DNA from: Octopus bimaculoides
Taxonomy: Eukaryota
Direction of reading: 5' to 3'
Length of the DNA: 64,000 nt
Assembly (NCBI RefSeq): GCF_001194135.2
Contig: NC_068991.1
Span: 77,257,817 to 77,321,816, forward strand
Positions 53,494-64,000 of this stretch are shown here, in pieces. How positions within the stretch are numbered: position 1 is the first letter of the stretch; each line of letters starts with the position of its first letter. The notes beneath the pieces are model-generated. The model was not told the DNA's origin, did no database searches, and saw nothing but the letters and a program-made list of their open reading frames with translations. Made by a program: the position numbers and the translations under genes.

Positions 53494-53851
53494 TGGTGGT
53501 TGTCTACTCCTTATTCAGAATTTAACCATCTCCTGTACCTACACCTTAGAACCATCATGGCGTTCTGATGTGGCTTTTTAAACCAGACAATGTTCTGAAA
53601 AGACACCCGCATAGAATGCATATCCGATTTGAACCACCAAGAGCTGAAGAGAAATTCTGATCTTTGTGGATCTTAAAATGTCTTTTGAGGCCTCCGTTAG
53701 ATTTGCAGACCTTCTGGCATACATTGCATTGAAAGGTGTGCACAGACACGGAGGCAGAATAGTTGGTGGAGGCTCGTTTTCTATGGGTTTACAAATGAGA
53801 TTTGAGTCCAGCGAAAGAAAGGCATGGTCTGTCACAAACTGTGCACACAAA
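53490..53851 (-). pseudogene. Three degenerate C2H2 zinc fingers followed by a LINE-like 3' end
   Basis: FVCTVCDRPCLSFAGLKSHL*TH / FQCNVCQKVCKSNGGLKRHFKIH / ICILCGCLFRTLSGLKSHIRT(H); TAA at 53789-53791; apparent +1 frameshift at the last His; (TG)n(TA)n tail. Confidence 0.8.
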
Positions 53852-54227
53852 AAGGTCATGTATATAAAATAACAAACTAAGGAAAGGAATTTCTTCAAAG
53901 GGGTGTGTAAAACAGCCACTTCACTGGTATGTCAGTTGAAAACCACAGGGATAGAGTATAATGCAAATTACAAACAATAAATTGAGAGATTCAATTAACA
54001 ATCTAATGACTTATTTATATTATAATATACTATGAATATAATATATTATAAGATAACATGAAAAATTAATAATTTTTTATGTTATCATATATTATATTAT
54101 ATTCATAGTACATTATGTTATGTCATAATATAAATAAATTATTAGATTGTCAATTGAATCTCTCTATTTAATTTATTGTTTATATATGTGTGTGTGTGTG
54201 TGTGTGTGTGCGTGTGTGTGTGTATAA

Positions 54228-54553
54228 AGTAATGTTTGTATGTGGAAGATGCACAGGATCCATAAAATCTTTAGAAACTCAGGAAATTGATTCTCTCAAA
54301 TGCCCTGGTTACTCATTGGAAGTAATAGATAATTTCTGCTACCAGGGGACCAAATTAACAGTAGGGGAGGATCACTCATGTGGTGCCATGTGAAAGCACT
54401 CAGCACACTCTGTAAAGTCATCGGTGTTAGGGAGGGCATCCAGCTGTGGGAACTGCCAAATCAGACTGGAGCTTGGTGCAGCTCTCCAGCTTGCAAGCCC
54501 TGGTCAAACCGTTCGACCCATGCTAGCATGGACAATGGACATTAAATGATGAT
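54228..54553 (+). mobile_element. Internally deleted RTE (mid-ORF piece fused to 3' tail)
   Basis: KVMFVCGRCTGSIK..LEVIDNFCY is homologous to ~15340-15460, then joins directly to TGGTGCCATGTGAAAGCAC tail. Confidence 0.85.
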
Positions 54554-54628
54554 AACGGTGGATATGGATGGATGGATGTATTTATATATGTATAAATATA
54601 TGTTCATATATATATATATATATATATA

Positions 54629-54769
54629 GAAGGGCATCCAGCTGTAGAAACTCTGCCAAATTAGATTGGAGCCTGGTGTTGCCATCGGTTTCACCAGTCC
54701 TCAATCAAATCGTCCAACCCATGCTAGCATGGAAAACGGACGTTAAACGATGATGATGATGATGATGAT
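54629..54769 (+). mobile_element. Young RTE 3' tail in (TA)n
   Basis: Near-identical to 41527 copy. Confidence 0.9.
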
Positions 54770-55173
54770 ATGATAGCTGCAAACTCGTGTTCTAGTATTG
54801 CCATCGCCTGATCAAAAGTCCCACACACGTGAAAGCTGCAACCAGTCATTTTTTGTGATAAGTCCTACTTTATTTTACAAGCGATGTCTGTGCATGATGA
54901 TTTTCTTTTTATATTGTGGAGATGATTTGCATAAATCCAATCCCACTCTCGGAACATGGACAACATAAACTTGAAAAGAAGAACTATTCTGCATCATCAA
55001 ATATTGTCAGTGTTATTTTATATCCTGTAGGGTGTCCAACAATCACCCTCCTCACCAAGCAATCTTGATGGGGTTGCCAGTTTAGTCACCGATGACCCAA
55101 CCATGTAACAGGTTGTACTGGGTTATATGTTATCAGTAACACTTAAGAGCTATTTGACACACACACATATATA

Positions 55174-56048
55174 TGTGTGGTCTGATCAATAAATATCTGG
55201 ACTGTTGCTATAGTATGAAACTAAAACACAGAGAGTGAAGCCACTTGGCACAGATTGACCTTGAACTCTGTTGTGCATGTGCACTAAGTTTTAACATTCT
55301 AGCTCACTTCTGCTGTTTACAGCAGTGCTTGGAAGGAAGGTGTGTAACCTGTGATCTTCACATTGACCATTACAGAGAAGGTTGAGCAGAGAATCGGCAT
55401 CAAATTTTGTCAAAAGCTTGGCGATACCTGCTCAGAGGCCTACACAAAGTTTCCAAAAAAGTTTCATCATTCTTGACACAATCAAGGAGATCTTGTGCAA
55501 CTGAAACCTGAGTGTCTTTTTGGTCAGCTGAAAGCAGTTTTGGCATAAACTTGGCAGACACACATCTCATACCCAAATCTTCAGTGATAATGGACTGAAC
55601 CATAACTAATCTGCACATCTTCTGATAACTCACGGATGGTGATTCAATGATTTCCCCTTACAGCAGCATGCACATCTGCAATGTTTTTCTCAGTTCTACT
55701 GGTTGCAGGTCTCCCAGAACGTTTGTCAATATTGACATTTTTTGGGACATCTTAGAAACGTCTGAACCACTCATACACTTGTGTATGGCTTATACACCCC
55801 TCTCCATATACTTTCTGCAATTTTGCGTAGTCCTTTAACCAGGTATCACCATGACAACATTCTCTGTCATGGTCAATGCGACAATCACACGCTACACCTA
55901 TTCCTTCCAAGGACTGTTGTAAACAGCGGAAGAGAGCTAGAACATTAAAACTTGGACAGCAGAGTTCAAGGTCAATCTGTGCCAAGTGGCTTTACTCTGC
56001 GTACTTTAGCTTTGTTACTGACAGACAGTCCGGATACTTATTGATCAG

Positions 56049-56054
<6 letters not shown>
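55174..56054 (-). mobile_element. Mariner derivative with two 5' ends
   Basis: TIR GGTCTGATCAATAA(G/A)TATC at both ends; minus arm QVYEWFRRF..RSGRP..ITIRELSE..VSAKFMPKLLS..NDETFL; plus arm EKVEQRIGIKFCQKLGDTCSEAYTK. Confidence 0.9.
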
Positions 56055-56103
<49 letters not shown>

Positions 56104-56489
56104 CCCAGACTTATTTCCAGCTGTTAGTAGTGATAGATTTGTTAATAGATTAAACTAGTCATCTTCATCATCATCATCATCGTTTAATGTCCGTTTTCCA
56201 TGCTGGCATGGGTTGGACGGTTTGACTGGGGTCATCTTATAACAGTTAATTCATTACTGTGTCTCCACCAAATATGTCAAGGCAAAGTCTTCTTAGTGAC
56301 ACACATTCCTCTGCAAATTATTGACTTCACTTCTGGAAATGCTGTGTATAAGTTGTATGGTCTGTAAAATGAAATAAATGAAATTCAAACCCAAACATGC
56401 TAATAAAGACTCAGCTAGCCTGCAATCCATTGTCACTGTATGCTTTTAGCTAGGAATTCATTTAAACATTAATAAAGTAGCCCTACAAG

Positions 56490-56700
56490 ACATTTAGGAT
56501 GTCTCTTGTTCTGCTAGAAATAGCAGTCAAATCACTCTTGGCTCTCTATCTACCATCTTTTAAAATAGAAGAATACATTGGATAATGTATTTGGAGATAA
56601 ACTGTGAATTGATAATACAAAATGGTCATAACTAGAATTATTTCAATCCTGTGTTTGCTCAAGCAGAGCTGACCTGGGGCCAAAAAACAAACAAATAGCA
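56490..56700 (+). mobile_element. Family-D repeat
   Basis: CTGCTAGAAATAGCAGTCAAATC..GAGCTGACCTGGGGCCAAAAAACAAACAA. Confidence 0.75.
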
Positions 56701-58084
56701 TCAGTTATCTAACTGAATAAAATATTGTATCATGACAGCATTACACAAATTACACAATTGACTCTATTTTTGAAACACAGATTTGCAGAGGTTCAGCAAG
56801 ATGGGAGATGACTGGAGCAGTCACTTATGGATGCAGCTGTGAAGTGGTGCAGAATTTCTTCCTATCATGCATATTAATCAGCACATGAGCACTCATGTTA
56901 ATTGAACCATTGCTGCATCACACTGCATATATGAAAATGCATACACAAACATATATATGCACATGTAGCCGTATTCATGTTTATACGTGAGCTTGTATAT
57001 ATGTGTGTGTATTTCACTCGACACACGCATTTGTTTGAGAAAATTGATTGCTCTAGCTTTCATAACCAGAGCTTATTTATAAACAGATGATTAGGAATTG
57101 GATCAGAGCTGGGAAGTTCCTACCTTTCAGGAAATTTCTTATCAGAGAAGACGAAATAGCAACAACCAAGAATTGAACCTTGAAATAGGGGAACCAGGAA
57201 CCTTATTACACAGGTTACAATATTCACCACACACACACACACACATGCATGCATACACACAGTAAGATTGTATGAATATATTTGAATATGAAGATAAAGG
57301 AATGGTTGGACAAATAGGTGGAAACCGAGTGAGGTGAGCTGACAAAATTATTTACCTGGAAAAATGCTTAGCAGCACTTCTGGATTTTTCTGTTCTGAGT
57401 TCCTATGCTGCTGTCAAGGTCACCTTTGCCATTTATCCTTTCAGACTTAATAAAATAAGTATCTGTTGAACACTGGAGTGAAATAATTGATTTCCCCCGC
57501 CCCTCCAAATTTCATGTTTCCTGCTGAAATTAGAGCTAAGGGTTATTTCTAATTTCAAAATATTCTGTAAAAGCATATTTCACTAGCATATGCTGAGAGT
57601 TGGAGCCTGACTGGAGCTGTAATTTACACTGGTGCCATCAGTGTACTTTAGGAAATTTTTTATTATTTCAGTAAATGAAAAAGAATCTTATGGACTGTCT
57701 AGTCCATTCTGAAGTGGTCACAAAATGTGTGATGAAAGATTTCAGACAAAGGACACTAAAATAAGAACAAGAATCTTATGAACCATATATTAAAAGATGT
57801 GACCTATCTCTCCTTCACTTTCTCTATATATGCCAACATTTATGTGCAATAGTTGTTTAATAATCTATTCTGGTGCATTAACTATTCTTGTGATATGAAT
57901 GATAATGAAAGATTTGCAACTGAAACAATGCAAGCTTTCTATTAAGTATTAGTCTTAAAAACAATTTACTTTCATTTGGATAATTCCTTTAGCTATTTGC
58001 ACTCTATGTAAGCACTCCTATTTAACAGATTTGTATAAATACCATTACGATTAGTTATCCTGCACACTTCTGCATGCTGGCACA

Positions 58085-58265
58085 ACTGTTGGCATGCTTG
58101 ACAAAATGCTAAGCAGCATTTGTTCATCTTTATGTTCTGAGTTCAAATCCCACCAAGATTGACTTTGCCTTTCATCTTTCCGGGATCAATAAAATAAGTA
58201 CCAGTTGAACACTGGGTCCCCTTCCCCCACAATTTCAGGCCTTGTGCCTAGAGTAGAAAGGATTG
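58085..58265 (+). mobile_element. SINE family B (older copy also at ~57358-57530)
   Basis: GTTCTGAGTTCAAATCCCACC..GACTTTGCCTTTCATC..CCTTGTGCCTAGAGTAGAAAG. Confidence 0.85.
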
Positions 58266-58346
58266 TTAATAAAGTTATTAGAATGTCTATTGACACCTCT
58301 GTCTATTTACATTATGAATAGGGAATTTAGGAATAGTTGTCCCTAC

Positions 58347-58638
58347 CTGGGCCATGAGATCAAGTTTATGCTTTTTAATTCGGTCTACTCTACAAAGCCA
58401 AATATGTCCCCCCCCCCCTGCTACAGAAATTCGCTTCATTTTTGTTAAAGTTGTTGTTTGATCCCAGATTATTTGCTGTTGACCAAGCATCCAAGCCGGC
58501 CCAAACGTCCTGTTTTGTTGGGTTTTTTTCCTTTGCTTTTACTTTTTTGTAGATCTGTGGAACTTCATTGAACAGTGTGTCCTTTCCTCGTCGTTGGGTG
58601 TAATTTGAGGTCAGCAGTTCCGGCAGGTTGTGTGGCTC
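58347..58638 (-). CDS. Candidate coding exon, unidentified, interrupted at a G11 run
   Basis: AACAG| acceptor, 73 open codons before the G-run, CAG|GTAGGG donor in frame if the run is G10. Confidence 0.3.
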
Positions 58639-58929
58639 CTGTTAACCCGACACCTGGAAGGTTACTGGGATTAGCAATATCTAAAATCTCTCTCTCTCTC
58701 TCTCTCTTCTACATGCATACTAGCACACACAAACAAGCACGCAACAGACACACACACACAAGTACACACATACACTCACACAAGTACACACAAACAAGCA
58801 CACACAAACATACATACACACACAAGCACACATGCACACAAGTACACACACACATACACACAAGTACACACACACACAAGCACACATACATACACACACA
58901 CAGGTACACACACAATCACGCACAAACAA

Positions 58930-58962
<33 letters not shown>

Positions 58963-59527
58963 AGCACACACACACACACAGACAAAGACATTGGCACTGC
59001 CAACGTTTGAATTAAATTACACCAGTTATTATTATTCCTCTTTTCTAAACAGATTGCTCTTCAAGTCTGAGTTCCTTTCCAAATATAAAAAGACGTCTGT
59101 GAGAAAACATTGAAGCTTTGATTATTACCGTTTCTGTTTTTTCAAAAATGCATTTTTAGTTAATCGTATGATAATGGGTGATAAATTTATGCAAGCTATT
59201 CTTACTGCTGGCTTCTGTACAGCTTCTAAATAATCAACCATGACAGAAATATTAAATCTCATTATTCAAACCCTATTTTAAGCAGTGATTGTTGTCCATA
59301 TTTGACTTCCAGGAATTCATACTTCACTTTAATCTTGTGTGTCAATGTGTCAATTAATAGGAAGAAATAAATTAGCAATGATTTCACGAAAGTTGTGTTA
59401 AAAGACAAAACATTGTGAGATGTTAGTAAACCCAAGCAAACCGAGTTAAGAATGTTTATGGGTAAGAGCTAGAATTTGTTCAACAGGGTGATGCAGTGAG
59501 AAAGTAAATGGTTAAAAGCCAGTGCTA

Positions 59528-59987
59528 TATCCTCTTATTCTTGTACTTGTTTTGGTCATTTAACTGTGGCCATGCTGGAGCACCACATTTAGTCGAGAAA
59601 ATTGACCCCAGGACTTATTCTTTGTAAGCCTAGTACTTATTCTATCATTGTCTTTTGCTGAACCGTTAAGTTACGGGGACGTTAACACCAACATCGGTTG
59701 TCAAGCAATAGTCGGGTGACAAACTCAGACACACCAGTATATATATGTATTTATATTTCTTTATTGTCCACAGGGGGCTAAACATAGAGGGGACAAACAA
59801 GGACAGAGAAATGGATTAAGTTAATTACCTCAACCCCAGTGTGTAACTGATACTTATTTAATCAATTCCGAAGGGATGAAAGGCAAAGTCGACCTCGACG
59901 GAATTTGAACTCAGAACGTAAAGACAGACAAAATAGTAGTAAGCATTTCACCCAGTATGCTAACAATTCTGCTAGCTCGCCGCCCTT
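59528..59987 (-). mobile_element. SINE-A tail half (59528-59745) followed by SINE-B (59755-59987)
   Basis: Family motifs as above. Confidence 0.88.
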
Positions 59988-60141
59988 CATCATCATCATC
60001 ATCATCGTTTAACGTCCGCTTTCCATGCTAGCATGGGTTGGACGATTTGACTGAGGACTGGTGAAACCGGATGGCAACACCAGGCTCCAGTCTGATTTGG
60101 CAGAGTTTCTACAGCTGGATGCCCTTCCTAACGCCAACCAC
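59988..60141 (-). mobile_element. Young RTE 3' tail
   Basis: Identical core to 41527 copy. Confidence 0.92.
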
Positions 60142-60884
60142 AAAGTACTGGAGTCAATGTAGTGGTCTGTAGTTTTTGGAGCCAGTGCCTCAATGTGACC
60201 ACACTTCAATTACCCCTTATATATATATATATATATGTAGCACACTGAATTTACATATTTGAGCTGGATGGAAAGTGGGTGAAAAGAAAGGGAAAATAAT
60301 ATAAAATGCTGTAATGAACATGTTGAAGATTTGCACATGTCAAATCTAAGCAGATGGAGGGACAAGTTGATATTTCAGAAAATTATGATATAATCACTAA
60401 AAATGAATTCACAAATAAATTGGGTGATTATGAGGCCTGCTTCATTATTTTGTGGTTCCAGGTTCAATCCCGCTGTTTAGTACCTTAGGCTCCTTCATCA
60501 GATATATCATCATCATCGTCATAATGATATTCATCATCATCATCATCACTGTATGTACATTTGGTTTTTCTATACTTGATGGATTTGATGGGGCTTTTAA
60601 AGGCAGTATTTTGCAACCAGATGTCATTACAAATGTCAACCCCTTTAATTCCCTTTTACATCATATTGCATAGTTATGCAAAAAGCTAAGACCCATTGAC
60701 ACACACACACGTGTGTGTGTGTGTGTGTGTGTGTGTATAGGCAATGGATGACAGATTTGGTGCATAAAACAAAAACTGTGATGTTTGGTTTTAACCTTTT
60801 ACATTCTGTTTACGGTCCCCCCACCCCTTTATTCCTAGTTGATTTTGCCTTTCTTTCTGCCAAGGCCAACGAAATAAGAACCAG

Positions 60885-60959
60885 ACAAAGTACTGGAGTC
60901 AATGTAGTGGTCTGTAGTTTTTGGAGCCAGTGCCTCAATGTGACCACACTTCAATTACC
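60885..60959 (+). repeat. Exact 75-bp duplicate of 60140-60214
   Basis: ACAAAGTACTGGAGTCAATG..CACACTTCAATTACC, no mismatches. Confidence 0.97.
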
Positions 60960-61799
60960 AAAACCAGCAAAGCATTTGCAAGTATAATTTAAATGCGGAA
61001 TAGTTTTAGTACATCTGTGAAGATAGTATAGTGAAGATGAAGGCAACAGAAATAGAAAAAAAAAATTATATTGTACATAGATTTTGAACTTACATAGAAA
61101 TAAAATGATGTAAAAAAAACACAAAGAAGCTTTGATAAACTGTCCTACACATTCATTATCCTCTCTCATAAAAAAACATTGTTATCATAAATTGTTATTA
61201 CAAAAAATTGTTATAATACAATAAATAAATTGAATTCTATATTTTTAAAACGTATAAAAAGTGATATAATAAAATGTCAATGAATATGATACAAAAAGAG
61301 CTTTTCTGTGCAATTCACTTGATAACTTATTTCAGTTAGAATGTTTCCAACTATATATACACATGAAGTCACAGTTTCCTAGCCAGAGCTTGTGTAACTT
61401 CTTACATAGCTGCAGTAAAGTTAGTGCTTATACATTTAATGCAGTTTGCATCAAAAAGACACCTAGAAAAAATTCTGTGGTAAGGAAGAAACAATTTTTC
61501 AGCAAATTATTTCTATAGTTCTTTTCTAAAAGACAACTTTGGATGAGTTTCAGTCTTCTTAAACCTCTCAGTGAAGCACAGGCTTCATCATACTTATAAA
61601 TGTACAATCGTGTACACCTGTTAGCCTAGAAAACTAGAGATGTATTAGGAAAATATGTTATTCTTTAATGCCATCATCTAGAAAAGAAAAAGAAAAGAAT
61701 AGCTTTAGCCTCTCATCTGCTGGCACAAAGCCATCTCCCTCAATACTACTTTCTCTCCCAGTCAAGGGATCTTTGTCTTGCATGCAAGTTACTTAGTGA

Positions 61800-61990
61800 C
61801 CCCTTTGGTGCTGTTGCCACTTAAAAACACCCACTACACTCTGTAAAATGGTTGGTGTTAGGAAGGGCATCCATCAGCAGAAACCATGCCAAAGCAGACA
61901 ATAGGGTTTGGCACAGTTCTCTGGCTCATCAGCTCTTGCCAAACTGTCCAACTCATGCCAGCATGGAAAACATGTTCAATGATGGTGATA
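61800..61990 (+). mobile_element. RTE 3' tail, older variant
   Basis: AAAAACACCCACTACACTC..GGAAGGGCATCC..CATGCCAGCATGGAAAA..GATGGTGAT. Confidence 0.8.
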
Positions 61991-62830
61991 TAGGAGGTGT
62001 GTTCAACAAATATCCAACTTTATATTTTCCCACCAAAACTAATGTTGTATGGGAAAAATCCTTTGAGTAGGAGGTGACACCACCCTTCCTGTGCATGTGT
62101 GGAAACTTTTGGCTGCATCAGTTCCCAGTTGTTATGTCTAAAGTCCAAGTGCTTGCTCATCAGATTTTCATTTTCACTGAATGCATTGAGCAGAGACATT
62201 GCTTTAAGTTTTGCCTAAAGCATGGGGTTTCTCAAGCTCAAACCATCCAGAAGACTCAGCAGGCCTTTGTTGATGGTACCGTGGGTAAAACTCAGATCAA
62301 GGAATGGTACAACCTCTTCAAACATGGCTGCACCTCAGTGGAGAGCAAGGCATGCTCAAGCAGGCGGCCATCTGCAAGCTGAAATAAGGAGCTGATTGAG
62401 ACCATCATGTAACAATCCAGGAAATCGCTCACAAAGTGGGATTAAGCAGAGGATCCGTGAATTCCATTTAAAAAGAGGTTTGTGCCTGTGGAGAGTGCCA
62501 GTGAAATTCATCGTCAAACAGCAGAAGGAACTCCACACGAAAATCACTCAGGACATGCCAGACTTTGCAAGCCATGATGCAGACTTTATGAAAGCCATCA
62601 TCACTGGTGATGAAACATGGGTTTATGGTCTCTGCTTGATGTGTTTGGCCATCTTGCATGAAAATGATTATCCAACAAGCATGCACTACATGTCTGTACT
62701 TTAGGTGTAACAGCTGGGAACTGGCAAGGCCTAATGGCTTGAATATTTTCATGCATGCATAGAAAAAGTGGCATCACTTCCTTCATGACATTAGCTTTGG
62801 CAGGAAGAAATAAAGTTGATACACATAAAT
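61991..62830 (+). mobile_element. Second mariner family derivative with two 5' ends
   Basis: IEQRHCFKFC..TQIKEWYNLFK..VTIQEIAHKVGLS..FMKAIITGDETWVYG, then inverted copy of 5' leader and MAKHIKQR. Confidence 0.9.
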
Positions 62831-63143
62831 ATGTCTGTACATAAGTTTGTCTGGTTTAATAAATGAGAAAGAGTACTTGATATATGTTGCAGTGTCTATG
62901 TGTATGAGATTGGTAATCTTTTCCATCACTACTCAAGAGATTCATTTTTGTTGACATCTTTCAAGCAACAATTGTTACTCAAATGATTGCATTGGAACCC
63001 AAGTCTCTGAGTAGCAACAGTGAATCCTCCACTGTGTGCAAGTAGGCATGTATATATTCATATATAATTGTATGAAGAAGGCTCATAAGTGAAAGAGGAG
63101 AAAAAAAGGCACATTTATTATAAGGCAATGGAGAGGGTATATT

Positions 63144-63363
63144 CTTTTCTACTCTAGACACAAGGCCCGGAATTCTTTTTAGGGAAGGGGTCAGTCGATT
63201 AGATTGACTCCAGTATGCAACTGATACTTAAGTTATCGACCCTGAAAGGATGAAAGGCAAAGTCAACCTTGGAGGAATTTGAACTCAGAACGTAAAGACA
63301 GATGAAATACTGCTAAGCATTTTGCCCAGTGTGCTAACGCTTCTGCCAGCTCGCCGTCTTTTA
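63144..63363 (-). mobile_element. SINE family B, full length with 13-bp TSD
   Basis: GAGAGGGTATATT at 63131-63143 and 63364-63376. Confidence 0.92.
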
Positions 63364-64000
63364 GAGAGGGTATATTATCAATACAATATTGTAAATTAAA
63401 CACCATTTGCTGCCAAAATGTTGCTGAATGGTTTCATATGAAATTAGCCTTTCGTAAATGGAAAGAATAATTAAATAATATATAAGCTAGGCTCTTTTGC
63501 ACTAAAGGTGCAAATGAAAACATCTGATCAAAGAATCAAAAGACTCTTAATTGCAATCATTAATGTGTTAATAATAAATATGTGAATGTGTGTGACATTC
63601 TTGTTAATAAGTTAATAAATTGGCCTGTACTTCTGTGCATTTGAACATAAGTGGAATAAAAATAAAAATCTTACTTTACTTGAAAACAGATAAGGTTTAG
63701 TGGCATGTGGGGCATCCACCTGCAAAATAATATCTTATTTGTCTGACCAATGCTAGCATACAAAAACAGGTAATTCCCGGGTGGTAAAGATGTGCTGTAC
63801 ATCAGCTAGTAATATAATATAATAATATATGATGGCCTCTCCTGTCAAAGACAAAGGTATGAGCGATTAGCTTTTTCCAAATGACCTGCACAAATGATTC
63901 ATTTATAATGAGGAAATGTATGAGCTGCACATTAGCTCACCTGCCCACCTTCATCAAATTGATGTTTGCCTGAACAGGTGCACAGGTGTACCATGCATTA

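Overview
AT-rich, gapped, microsatellite-saturated animal genomic DNA. The SINE/LINE repertoire looks like a coleoid cephalopod, most likely Octopus (inferred from recognised repeat families, not from a search). I find no intact protein-coding gene, rRNA, true tRNA or CRISPR array, so the window reads as intronic or intergenic. It is dominated by: three tRNA-headed SINE families; a ~220-bp (AAC)n-tailed repeat; many RTE-clade LINE 3' tails and one RT fragment; R4/Dong-type restriction-like-endonuclease LINE fragments; a CR1/L2-like fragment; three Tc1/mariner derivatives; a Tigger-like end; and fold-back elements. Nearly all long ORFs in the track are artefacts of N-gaps or simple repeats. The best leads are: a degenerate minimal hammerhead ribozyme fold (18458-18517); two independent mariners with a 5' end at both termini (55174-56054, 61991-62830); a TTAA-flanked 85-nt hairpin (41892-41976); a triple-C2H2 remnant with a LINE-like tail (53490-53851); an exact 75-bp local duplication (60140/60885); and unidentified exon candidates (40658-40819 +, 58347-58638 -).
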